Shown: in pieces, positions 40,266-53,625 of the stretch | How the letters are laid out: each line of letters begins with the position of its first letter | How positions within the stretch are numbered: position 1 is the first letter of the stretch | Assembly: GCF_001194135.2 (NCBI RefSeq) | Contig: NC_069001.1 | Coordinates: 25,048,433-25,112,432 of the forward strand | Direction of reading: 5' to 3' | DNA from: Octopus bimaculoides | Taxonomy: Eukaryota | Length of the DNA stretch: 64,000 nucleotides | Notes under the pieces: generated by a model | What the model saw: only the letters and a program-made list of their open reading frames with translations | Told to the model about the DNA's origin: nothing | Database searches by the model: none | Position numbers and translations under genes: made by a program

Positions 40266-43044
40266 ACACACATGATGCCCATCCATCTATTTTATCTGCA
40301 CACAATCTCGGAGTTTCGCCGGGTAGAGTCATATAGTCTCCTATCTCAATCGACCATCATTGCACTTTCACGCTGGATTCTCAAGCGTGACCATCTGTTA
40401 GTCTGGATATTATCCAAACCACTTTGTCCTTAGTCGAAAGATAACTTGCCTGTTAGTTCCACTTGATGAAACCGTCTTACATTTCTCTCTTAGGATATTC
40501 TAGTCGCACATCCATAGTAATAAAGCTTGATTTTGCAGTACGGAGAAGTTACGGCTTTACCTTGTGACATTCCCTGATACGAATCCTACGAATCCTCTTG
40601 CGTAACTTTATGCGATATATTCTTCGGAAGAACACAATATTCCTGAGCATAGATGAGGGTGGGCACAAAACGAATTGAAGATTGCGTTTTTCGTTCTTTT
40701 ACCGATTTCTCTTCTTCTAAAGATCGAATGCTGAATCTGTTACACAGTATTATCGAAATTGTCTTAACCCGTGTCATTCCCGTAAATGCAAAGATTTATG
40801 AATGTTGTTATTTATATTTTGATATCTTAATTTACCGATATTAATAACATTACTTCATTCAGTCACCTATTTCCTTCCATAATTATGACTGTGGAAATCG
40901 TAACAGTCGAACTAGTTTCATTATGTTAAAAAAAATATCACTTACATTTTGATATTGTCCCACTTTAAAGGGGTGATGAGCAATATTTCTCCACTTCGCC
41001 ATAATTAACATAATGCATATGTATGTGAGTGTGTGCGCATGTATGTTTGTATGTATGTATGTATTAGTGTGAACCTGTGTGTATGCGTGTTTCTCGGCTC
41101 ATTTTACTTCTACTGTAAACATATAATCCAGTATAGTGTCTCTTGGGTTGTCAGCGACTAAACACAACCATTAAGTTATTCTAATGGGACATGCTAGAAA
41201 TTTTGTATGGGAAAAGACATGTGAAAAGACCGGTAATTATTGCTTGAACAACTGTGTTATTATAGTGCAGAACGTTATAGAATTAAGCGAATTGCTAAAG
41301 CACATAGAAATACCATTTCGGAACTTTGCCGTTCACATGTTTGCTGACATCTATTACATTTGTCTTGTGTTATCGCCATGACCAATAATTGTTGATGGTT
41401 TTTGGCAAGTAATCACCGTTGTATTCAAATCCCTTTATTGAATATCTCAATTCTTAGATATAGTCACATATCTTGTAAAGCATGAAAGCGCACATATTGG
41501 ATGAGAAGACGATGACTGGGTCAAATATGCAAGAAGACTCCATCTGGATCTTTGCTCTGTATAGAGCTTCAATTCTGGCGGTGAAATTTTATCTAATTCC
41601 GACCAGTTCGCTGAAATAGCGGGTGTTTTCAGACAGAGATCTGCGTATTTCACACAGGAAGGAGAAACTAAATGGTGCTTTATAAGTGAATACTCATTAT
41701 CTGGTTAGTTAGATATTTACATTACCCTATGCAATTTCTGGATTTGAAATACGTTCCAGGAAATCAAGAAAGCAGTCACCAAGCTACTGAAGAAAGGATG
41801 TTAGAACGTCGGAAGATTTCATGTTGGGTTTTCCTGTTCTGATCGCAAGTCGGGTACGAAATTTCTTACGCAATATCACAATGATATCGCTCTAATGAAT
41901 GGAATACAATTTCCTGGAGTATGTGACATTAAACAACAAATGATTAAAGAAATAAATATGTATGTTTGGAAGAAAAGGAGTCTACAGCACCTGATGCTTG
42001 TATTTGCAAGTTGTTAAACATTCTCGTTACATCTCAAGTGTCAAGGTAATAGCATTATAACGTTAATGAAATATGGGGATTCACTTTATTTTTTAATAAA
42101 TAACTCTGTTCATACTAAAACTTGAAGCGAACACGAAAAACAAATTTTCTTCTCGATACAACAGAATTATTAACACCGACAGATATTTTACTTCAGTGCA
42201 AAAGTGAATTCCGATTATAATATTTTGTCAGCTGTGATTGGCTGGTAGAGTGTGGGCAGAATTAATAATAACGGACATATTTTCCACAAAAGTTCACGAG
42301 GCTGGCACGTTTCACATCATATCCACGTTGAACAAACAACAGCGAGATTCACATATCTCTCCTTCTATCACCCATCAACTGACTATCCCCATAACTGTAC
42401 ACTAACAACTACACTCTCCCATTTGTTTCAAAAGATATTCTACCTCTGTTATTACCATCCTAAACTTCGTTTTCTTTCAATATTCTAAAGCAAGTCCAGT
42501 AATCAAATAACATATGACACTGGCTCCATGTCTATTCAAATCATTGTAATATGTTTCAACAATACCATTATAAATTAATTTCCAGACACACATGCAACTT
42601 CAAACTTTAAAGAAGAACAATCACCAAAACACAAAGTGATACCAAAACTACTATTCAGACTATCTGACTACACATATCAATGAACTGACATATCATTTCC
42701 CCTGGAAACTAATCTCACCTGCTACAGATTTCACCGAAGACAGATTTTTATTGCTCATGTCACTGACAGTAGCAGCACTTCAGCAGCAATACAGAAGCAA
42801 AGCAGCAGCAAATGGTTTCATTTTGTTTCAATCTAACAAAAGAGAAAATTTTAAAGAGAGCTTGCTTTGATGTAAATTCGTTCTCATCATAATAAATCGC
42901 TTCAGATTTTAACTTGTTCAATGTTATACCACAAAACCACAAATATTTGAAGTTGAAAATGTGCATACAAACAGATATAGATACGCTCTTATGTATACTT
43001 ACATGAGTACAAACACACATATAATATATAGATATCTATCTATC

Positions 43045-43117
<73 letters not shown>

Positions 43118-43457
43118 NNNNNNNNNNNNNNNNNNNNNNNNNNNNNNNNNNNNNNNNNNNNNNNNNNNNNNNNNNNNNNNNNNNNNNNNNNNNNNNNNNN
43201 NNNNNNNNNNNNNNNNNNNNNNNNNNNNNNNNNNNNNNNNNNNNNNNNNNNNNNNNNNNNNNNNNNNNNNNNNNNNNNNNNNNNNNNNNNNNNNNNNNNN
43301 NNNNNNNNNNNNNNNNNNNNNNNNNNNNNNNNNNNNNNNNNNNNNNNNNNNNNNNNNNNNNNNNNNNNNNNNNNNNNNNNNNNNNNNNNNNNNNNNNNNN
43401 NNNNNNNNNNNNNNNNNNNNNNNNNNNNNNNNNNNNNNNNNNNNNNNNNNNNNNNNN

Positions 43458-43491
<34 letters not shown>

Positions 43492-44020
43492 AAAACAAGA
43501 GACTAAGACTGGTGTAGGAACAACAAGCAGGTGTTTTCGTTTAACGCTTGGGAATTAACGGAACAGTCTTTGGCGTTTCAAACCTACGCTCTTAGACAGA
43601 AAAGGTTCAGGAGAACAGAACGAATTGAGAATGAAAAAATGGAGAGAGAAAAAATATGTGTTGGCTATAAAGACTGAACATGATGAAATAGCCGGAAGAC
43701 AACGGCTGAATGAAAGGGAGATATTAACAGTGACCAGGACTAAGTTAAGGTGCGCAAGCGCATATGTGTATCTGTGAATGGTGTGTATGAGTGTATATGT
43801 GTGAATGGGGCGAGCGCTTGAATATATGAGAGCTGAAAATTTCGTGTACCTGTGTGCGCATATGAGTATAAGTAACCTAGTACGTACGTTATGTAGAATG
43901 GTGTGTGTTTCATGTACCAGTGTGCATGTGTAGGTGTGTGTGTGTGTGTGTACAAATGTGTGAGACCAAATTCAGGGGTCTGTATATGTGTATATGTACA
44001 AGTAACCTAGTGTATACGTT

Positions 44021-44054
<34 letters not shown>

Positions 44055-44507
44055 CTGTGTGTATGTTCGTGTGTACATGTTTGAGTGTGCATATGTACGT
44101 GTGTATATGTGTGACGCTGACGTGTGTGTGTGTGTGTGTGTGCACCATAATTTTGTTTCTTTTATATTTTTCAGTTATTAGGCTGGGACCATGCTGTGAA
44201 ATCACCTTGGGGCGGTATTAGTCGAACCAGTTGACCCCACTACATATTTTTTAGGCTTGGTATTTTTGTCCAATGTGTTTAAGAGTGTGTATATATGCGT
44301 GGGTATGCATATACACACTGGCATAGCATTTAGCACAGCAGTGGGTGAGTAAAATATAAGCACTTAAATGGGAAAACAATTCAGCGGTAAAATGTTGTTT
44401 AACGGGCACTGAACAGTATTTTTCTTTATTTGTAGAATACACAGAGTAATTGTCATTCAATGTTAAATGCTAATGTATGTATGTATGTATGTATGTATGT
44501 ATGTATG

Positions 44508-44554
<47 letters not shown>

Positions 44555-44794
44555 GTAGCTAGCTAGCTAGCTAACTATTCACTTCTCTCTCTTATTCTCT
44601 CTCATTCTCGCACTAAAATAGCGGACTGAACGACCCACGCACATAGCCGCACGCGTGCATACGCACAAACACACGCACATACACACAGCCCCCTCTCAGT
44701 CAAATGACTGAAACAGGTAAAACAATAAATGAATGCATGCATATATATAAACGTATATATGTGTATGTGTGTGTGAATGTGTGTGTATAAGTAT

Positions 44795-44835
<41 letters not shown>

Positions 44836-45047
44836 TAAATATATANNNNNNNNNNNNNNNNNNNNNNNNNNNNNNNNNNNNNNNNNNNNNNNNNNNNNNN
44901 NNNNNNNNNNNNNNNNNNNNNNNNNNNNNNNNNNNNNNNNNNNNNNNNNNNNNNNNNNNNNNNNNNNNNNNNNNNNNNNNNNNNNNNNNNNNNNNNNNNN
45001 NNNNNNNNNNNNNNNNNNNNNNNNNNNNNNNNNNNNNNNNNNNNNNN

Positions 45048-45088
<41 letters not shown>

Positions 45089-46879
45089 GTATGTATGTAT
45101 TTTATTCGATAAATTAACTGAAAAATACAAGTTTAGAGCAGATTGTTGTGAAGAAAGAATGGAATGGATACTTATTACTGCAATTAGAAAAATGATTGAA
45201 GATGCAGATCTGACTGTTGACATGTCGACCTATGTTAAAAACTTAAAATTACACGAAAAACACGTTAGAGAATGTTTAAATGAGAGGAATAGCAAATAGT
45301 TTATGTTGGGGTTGAAGCGGCCGAGAGTTTGGTGCTCACGTGTAGTATGAAGTATTATGCGATGGCGTTAATCGTAAAAATGAAAATAAAATCTGGTTGT
45401 ACATTGTGTGGCAATGTAAGACGCAAATTTGTTTCTGCGGTTGTTGAGACACTGACAGTTTTGATTTATGTCTAAAATGAGAAAAAAGTTTTGCAAAATT
45501 TCAGTGTCGTCATAATAATTCTGGATTAGCGCATGATGAATGTAGTGTATAAAGTAAATATGAAGATGTATGTATGAAACATGGAGTGAATACGATGGTT
45601 AGACAAGTTTAAACATGTGATTTAAAAATCTGGTTTAAATCTATAAAATACATGGTATAATTCGTTTCCTTCTAGGGCAGTTTATATAAACATGGAAATA
45701 TTTCTATTAGGTTTAACAGTATTTTTTACAAGATGTAATTTTGTTTTACGGGGACTAAATTTTTTAAATGAACTATGCAAACGAAAAACAAAACAACTAA
45801 TATATGGTCAGGAAAGACTCTCGATGATGCAAATGCATCAATGAGATTTTCGTTCAAAACTATGAATTTTAATTCCCTCATAATTTTACTATGTATGATT
45901 AAGGAATTAGAAGAATAGGAATGTATGTAAATATAAGTCATTAACCAAAGAGTTACTAATCAGTTGTGGTTAATAATAAATCTAATATAGCGAAATTCTT
46001 TACAATATAGCGAATATAATTTTATAGCTTCTGCTATACCTTATGTAGACAGCAGAAAGCAAGTATGAATATTTGCTACGAAGTTTACAAGATATAATAT
46101 GTTAACATAGTTCGTAGCCTGATCTATTGACTGATATTACTAAAAATCTTATAGATGAGTGCTTTGGAGAGTTTAAAGTACTCAAATATTAATTAAACAA
46201 TTTATATGTAGCATATATTTACATAATGACTTATTACGTTTGGAGCTATTTCAAGATTGTAATTCAGTTGAAAATTAATGTCTCAATTTAATGCCAAATA
46301 CTACAAATAGCGAAAGCGAGTTTCCTTAGAGAAAACTAGTTAAAAGTTAATAAGCTTGCGTTATATAATTAAACTTACTCGCTGTTTCCTTGTACATTTT
46401 ATAATTGCATTAACTTGATATTCCGACTCTTTTCCTTCTTCACTCCTTGCTATTAAGTAATGGTTACCATTACCGATTTCGGGCCGCGGCAACCACCATA
46501 AGTCTTGTTCAACTACCTTTGTTTTTTCCAAGCGGAAATTTGAGTATATGAGCCGACGTAATTTATCTGTCTTCCATCAGAATCTTTTAGTGAGCGGTGA
46601 ACATCCAGCCATTTCTTTTCTTCTACGTAAGATACATTGTTTTATTTCCCTACTTTATTGTATTTATGATTTAATACATTAAAAAATATATATTATTCTG
46701 TTTAGGGAGACTAAGTTATTAATAACTTTATATATATCCAGATTCAAATATGTAATTGTTTACGAAGTCTATTTCTGTGTTTGAATAAAAACATATATGC
46801 TTGTATATCACCCGAAAAAATTTAAATACCTTAAAGTGCTTTTCTTTTCAGCATATTTATAAGTACATACAGTTATTAC

Positions 46880-48140
46880 TGTAAGGTAAATTTCCTAGAT
46901 TCTAATTTTGACTTAGAAACATGGATGTACGAACCATACCACAAGCCGAATGTATGTCTTAGATACATAAATGTACAGTCCAATGATCCACCATCCTTAA
47001 CCAACGGAATAGTTAGGAGCATAGGCACGAGAATATCACGATTATCAGTGACCGATACAATATTCAACATAACATGCATCTTATTACAATGAAACACTAG
47101 GTAGGGCCGGGTTTAAGGAAAAATCAAGTTCACACCTGGCGAGGTTCTAAATAGTACTAATACCCACGCATCTAAAGTAGAAAATACATACAGCATGAAA
47201 AGCAACAACAAACGCATAATAAAACACAAAAACGGAAGACACAATGGAAAGACAGGAAACATAAACAAAGCCTAGAAGAATAACGATAATAGTAAAAACG
47301 ATGCGCAAAATGCCAACAACACAGAAAACAGCCTGAAAGAGCCAAACAAAAAATGCAAAAGTTCCGAGCTACTATGATATAACACAATTTCCGGATTGCA
47401 AATATCATCGAAGCTAGGTAGACAATTCCGTGCAGCATTAGAAAGGTGCCTCCCTAAGATACATAAATGCCATAGTAACTCCAACAAGTACACAATGAAA
47501 ATGTCGTATGCGACATCCAACAGCATGGAGTACTACATACACAAATACAACGCAATAAGGAAATATGCATACAAACAATGACAAAATACCAGGAACAAGC
47601 AGATCATAATAACACAATATATAGGAACAATAACAAAAGTAAACAAAAAGATTCACAAAACATTTTTAGTGACACCGACAGCTGTGATAGGAGTCAAACA
47701 TAGACTCAAAAAATAATGAAAAAAAAAAACCGGCATGAAGACCAAGACGCTTCAACCGGAACATAAAAAAAAGTCACCAAATAAATGCAAAAATAACAAT
47801 AGTGCAAATCATTGGAGTTGTCGCAAAAAATCTGCATGTCCGCTCAAGAACCAATGCATGCAAAAAACATCACCATCACCACAACGCAACATAAATACAC
47901 GTATACAGGAACAGCTTCTACCTCTACTGTCAAACTTTTTTTCGAACCAGTCGCCCTGCTTGACCGTTAAATCCACTAGATGTTTTATTCTCACTTTGTT
48001 TATTTTATTTTATTCGTTTCTGTTGAAGAGCGTAGGCTCTAAACGTAAAAAAAATGTTTCGCAATTTTCCCTATCGTCAAACTAACACACCTGCTTGTTG
48101 TTCATACACCTGTCTTCGTGTTTTGTTTCTTCTGTAAATT
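46880..48140 (+). mobile_element. Penelope-like retroelement remnant: RT C-terminus/thumb, linker, partial GIY-YIG and 3' pseudo-LTR
   Basis: Frameshifted motifs VNFLDSNFDL..YEPYHKPN, PPSLTNGIVRSIGTRISRLS, LERCLPKIHKCHSNSNKYTMKMSYATSNSME and CRKKSACPLKNQCM, then a YTG motif and the terminus ctgttgaagagcgtaggctc... Confidence 0.88.
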
Positions 48141-48345
48141 AATCTGAAAGAAGAAGCTCACTCTAAAATGTAGAGCAGTATATATTAAAAAAGTGGTTGG
48201 TCGGTTTATGGGGAAAAACTTAGGTTCCAAGTCCATAAAATGTTTAACCAATTGACGTATCGTCAGATCCCCAAAAAACCTATTGACCCAAGACATTTTA
48301 AAAATACGAAGGAGGGAATGGTTCACTCAATCCAATATAAATGTC

Positions 48346-48645
48346 GAGGTACAATGGCCCAGTCGTTAGGGCAGCGGACTCGCGGTCGGAGGATCTCAGT
48401 TTCGATTCCCAGACCGGGCGTTGTGTGTGTTTATTGAGCAGAAACACTTAAAGCTCCACGAGGCTCCGACAGGGGTTGGTGTCGACCCTGTTGTACTCTT
48501 TCACTCCAACTTTCTCTCACTCTTTCTTCCTGTTTCTTGAGTAAGGCTGCGATGGACTGGCGCCCCGTCCAGCTGGGGGAAACACATGCGCCATAGAAAT
48601 CGGGAAACCGGGCCCAGGAGCCTGGCTAGGCTTTAGAAGGGTGCA
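48346..48645 (+). mobile_element. SINE with the family C head and a different (V-SINE-like) 3' module
   Basis: Aligns to 39888-40078, then diverges to gcgatggactggcgccccgtccag... Confidence 0.85.
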
Positions 48646-49245
48646 TAAAAAAAATATGTATACATGTATATGTGTGTATATATGTATGTATTTATGTATG
48701 TACCTATGTGTGTATGTATGCACCTATGTGTGTATGTAAGTACATATGCATGTGTATTTGCATAGGTATATGCATATATCGTATTTATTTTATTGAATCT
48801 ATCGAAGCTCTTCGTAAACTACTTCTTAAATAAAGGTCTACAAATGATGAAAACAGGATTGAGAATTGCAGAAAAATATAGTAATTAGTGAATCGAAAGC
48901 GTTCCTTTCAACCATTATCTTCTAAGTGTGAGTGAAAAATAAATAGAGTAAGATCAGCTTATATCAAAATGATAGAATAAGATAAGATGTCGGGAATAGG
49001 AATTCCAGTTGTAAGATTAGTTGTAAAATAGTACCCATAAAAGCAGATGTGTACCTCTAACTACTTACACAGAAAATATATTAATAGAAAAAGAAAGAAA
49101 AGGAAAAGAGAAAAAGATAATCACATTGGATATTGACACACACACACACACTTATATATATACACACACACACACTTATATATATACACACACGCAAATA
49201 TATATGTATATATATATATATATATACGGAGAAAGAGAGATATAG

Positions 49246-49319
<74 letters not shown>

Positions 49320-50546
49320 TTTTTGTGTGTGTGTGTATATATGCAGGTTGCCTTTAGGTTGTTAAATTGCTAATAATCCATTCATATATACCATATATGA
49401 CATAGAATTACATAGGGAGAAGTGTGTATCATTTGTTCTAATATATGTTTCGCCACCGCAGCTCTTTGGAAAGCTCGTTCCTCGTCTCTAGTGCACATAG
49501 CCACTTTTTGGAAGCATGCAGGATGATAATAACTTACGTGGAGCACAAAGCTAGGGAGAAAGAGTGACATAAATATACACACACACATGCATATAAATAT
49601 ATATATATATATATATACATACATATGTATATATATATAAATATATATATATATTCAAGTATATATACCCATCTATCTAGATGTTTAACTACACACACTC
49701 ACTCACACACACACACACACACACAAATATATATGTATGTATATATTCATTGCTACAAGCACAGATGATGTGTATTTACACACGTACTCACATATACACA
49801 CTCTCACACACATGTATATAGGAATGTATGTGCATGCAAGTTATGTATTCTTTAGCTATTTAGATAAATGTATTTTGTGTATTTATGTGTGGTGAATTCA
49901 AAAAATATCTTGATACCAGAATGAAAGATCAAAGATTTAAAGTCGTTTTACACATGAAGTTTGTTATTTACTAAATTTTATTTGCCCAGTAGCGACACAG
50001 TTTTACATTATTAAAATTATATTGCTGTTTGAAATTTATTATAGTTCTATAATAACTCGAAACATATTATATCTCAATTTACTTTGATAAAGTTTTATTT
50101 ATCTTTTAATTTTGAAATATATTCAACGCCATCACTTAACGTATTTTTAACAAAATATTTATTCAGTGTTTTGCTCTTAGCTATCAAAACAGTAAATTCA
50201 GCCTAGAGCAACTTAAAAATGAAGCTGTATACAATCATAGAACTAAATCTACTGTAGAAGCATTATGGTCGTTTGTCACATTATTCTCATAATGTATTCG
50301 TTTATTCTTTCAAATGACATTTGTCTTATAATATAACCTGATCACATTACACTTGCAAAAATAATACCCATAATGATATCTATCTATCTATATATCTATC
50401 TTGTGATACACGATCCCTATTGATCGCCCCCCCCCGTTTTTTTTTTTCCCGCGATCCCTTTTGATCCAAATCATCCCCCCCCAAAGCTCTACTTTGTAAT
50501 TTGTCCATTTTCTGTATTTAGCCGTGTGGCTATAATAAAAAGATAC

Positions 50547-50596
<50 letters not shown>

Positions 50597-51664
50597 NNNN
50601 NNNNNNNNNNNNNNNNNNNNNNNNNNNNNNNNNNNNNNNNNNNNNNNNNNNNNNNNNNNNNNNNNNNNNNNNNNNNNNNNNNNNNNNNNNNNNNNNNNNN
50701 NNNNNNNNNNNNNNNNNNNNNNNNNNNNNNNNNNNNNNNNNNNNNNNNNNNNNNNNNNNNNNNNNNNNNNNNNNNNNNNNNNNNNNNNNNNNNNNNNNNN
50801 NNNNNNNNNNNNNNNNNNNNNNNNNNNNNNNNNNNNNNNNNNNNNNNNNNNNNNNNNNNNNNNNNNNNNNNNNNNNNNNNNNNNNNNNNNNNNNNNNNNN
50901 NNNNNNNNNNNNNNNNNNNNNNNNNNNNNNNNNNNNNNNNNNNNNNNNNNNNNNNNNNNNNNNNNNNNNNNNNNNNNNNNNNNNNNNNNNNNNNNNNNNN
51001 NNNNNNNNNNNNNNNNNNNNNNNNNNNNNNNNNNNNNNNNNNNNNNNNNNNNNNNNNNNNNNNNNNNNNNNNNNNNNNNNNNNNNNNNNNNNNNNNNNNN
51101 NNNNNNNNNNNNNNNNNNNNNNNNNNNNNNNNNNNNNNNNNNNNNNNNNNNNNNNNNNNNNNNNNNNNNNNNNNNNNNNNNNNNNNNNNNNNNNNNNNNN
51201 NNNNNNNNNNNNNNNNNNNNNNNNNNNNNNNNNNNNNNNNNNNNNNNNNNNNNNNNNNNNNNNNNNNNNNNNNNNNNNNNNATATATATATATATATATA
51301 TATATACTTCCATCTATATATCTATCTATTTACACATACATATACATAAATATATTCAAATACATATTATACACATACATGTGTGTATGTGCGTGCGTGT
51401 GTGATTGTGCGTGTGTATGTTTGTGTTTATTTATACATTTATTTGCACGACGGACAAAATGCACAGCGTCATTTCTTTCCTTATCCCATTCTGACTTCAA
51501 ATTCCGTCGAAGTTCCCTCAATGATCATTCTAGTTAATTAACTTCTGTATATTTCTATATACTTTTACAAGTTCACTAAATATATTGACTGTTTTCTACT
51601 CCCTTATATCAGAACATAGATTAATTTAACTTTGCGCAATCAATACATGCTGTCTCTCTCTCTT

Positions 51665-51695
<31 letters not shown>

Positions 51696-52429
51696 TTCTA
51701 TCTCTCTCTCTCTTTCTCTCTCTCTCTCCACACACACAAACGTTCACATACATATATACATACATAAATGTGTTTGTGTATGTGTGTATATATCCTTGCT
51801 ATTATGAAAAAGTTTCCATAACGTTGCTTTTTCAACAAACGCATAAATAATTTCACCATTCCATTTCTTTTTACATTAGCAAGTTTCAGCTTAAACATAA
51901 TAATTTGCTGGCTGAATAAAATCGTAACTTAATACATATATGATAATTTCAGTCTGAAATACTTTTGCAAATCTGCTGTATGTGGGACTTACTACACTTT
52001 TGAAAAATGCTTAGACGTTGTACTACACTTTGACAATTTTCATATCTTGCCATCTGAAGCAGCTGGAGATACGACAGTTTGATCAAAAGAACAGCGTATT
52101 GCAAGCAAAATTAAATATCAGTCCATCCATCTGACTATATATATATTTGGAGTAGTAGGTCCTTTCTCGTATACGAGCAAACCATTTCTAGAAAGAGTCA
52201 TTCAAATGAGTCATTGATGATGCAATGTGAGGCCCTTGTATAACTCTTGAGCCCGGCCAAAGATTTCCACATTCCATTGCCTAATGCACAGCTATGCTGA
52301 CTGGCAGAGGAAACAGGTGCAACAGTATGAAGGAATTTGGTGTGCATTTTCAGTCCTCCAACAGTGTGCACATGTTCTGTAAGATTCTCTCTCTCTCGCT
52401 CACACATACACCTATATCTGTATATATGT

Positions 52430-52495
<66 letters not shown>

Positions 52496-52559
52496 CTATG
52501 TATCTATATAAACCACAAGGAGTACACAGAGATATGAGGAAGAATAATGTTGCCGTTAA

Positions 52560-53270
52560 GAAGGCACTCTCTCAACAAGATCTTGAATCATTCTAGTTAT
52601 AAATCTGGGAGGGAAAAAGGAATTTCAACCTCAATGCATCGTGGCCAAAAGCAGTAAAGAGAAAATACTGAACCACCATCAGCAAGATATTTGCGACTGA
52701 CCCGAACATTTTCACCATTTTCAGCTGTCATTGGAATGGAATTTGGTCAGAAGAAATGTTTTCATTTAAATGTTGAACGGGAAATATCAATCCCTCAGAC
52801 ATAACACCTATGCATCAATGGTTTAACAATCTCTCCTGTACCATAACAAAGAATGCTATAATTACCTAGGCATTGATGAAAGTGACTCAAGTATATCACA
52901 CCATATTAGGAAAATATAGCTGACTGAATTCTCCTCTTGCAACAAAACAATATCACACAATGAATTTGCAGTACCAGAGCTGATTCCAATATTTAGGATA
53001 CCCGGCTTGTCTGCAGAAGAAATCCACTCCATAAACTTTAAGACCTAAATGATTCTAATGTCAACCATAAATCATCACAAAAATAGTGATATCGACAGGC
53101 TCTACCTAAGAAACGATAATGTAAATAGGGGAGATCATTGCAGACAGCCTTTGAATGTCAGATAGAACAGTAAACGAAGTCCTACGTGTTGGATGTGAGC
53201 TCTCCCTGAAGTCCTTCCATACAACCAGGAAGCAGCTGGACTAGCATACTTTAGAGACGACATGGAGGCG
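52560..53270 (+). mobile_element. R4/Dong-like non-LTR retrotransposon RT remnant
   Basis: IGMEFGQKKC (about 52730-52760), ECYNYLGIDES (about 52852-52884) and NEFAVP resemble the DIGMEFGxxKC, YKYLGIxE and NxFAVP motifs of this clade; many disruptions. Confidence 0.7.
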
Positions 53271-53625
53271 AAACGTTAAGCATGCCCCGCTAAATTTAAA
53301 TTCTTTTAAAAAGTCCATGGATGCATATGTTTCTTTTAGATTTGAAGAAGATTAAAACATTCACATGGAGAAAAGTCTCTTTTAGATTCTTAGCGACTAC
53401 ATCACATCACAATTCGAAGGCTATGCTTTTGGAATTCAAGAGGAGATTGCTGCTAATCAACAAAAGAGAAAATGAAGACCTTGGAGTTCGAAGGTGTAAA
53501 CGTAAATATCGTTTACGTCATATTTCTGAGGAAAACCTCACACATGTGATTAACAGCCGCCCAAAAATGTCATCAGATAATACGCCACTACATGACGTGA
53601 CTCTGTAGCAAAAACAATACAGCAG

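Noticed and set aside
41480-41560. Minus ORF MKYADLCLK... as a candidate exon
   Set aside because: The plus strand reads EDDDWVKYARRL, resembling a LINE C-terminal remnant; too short to call either way.
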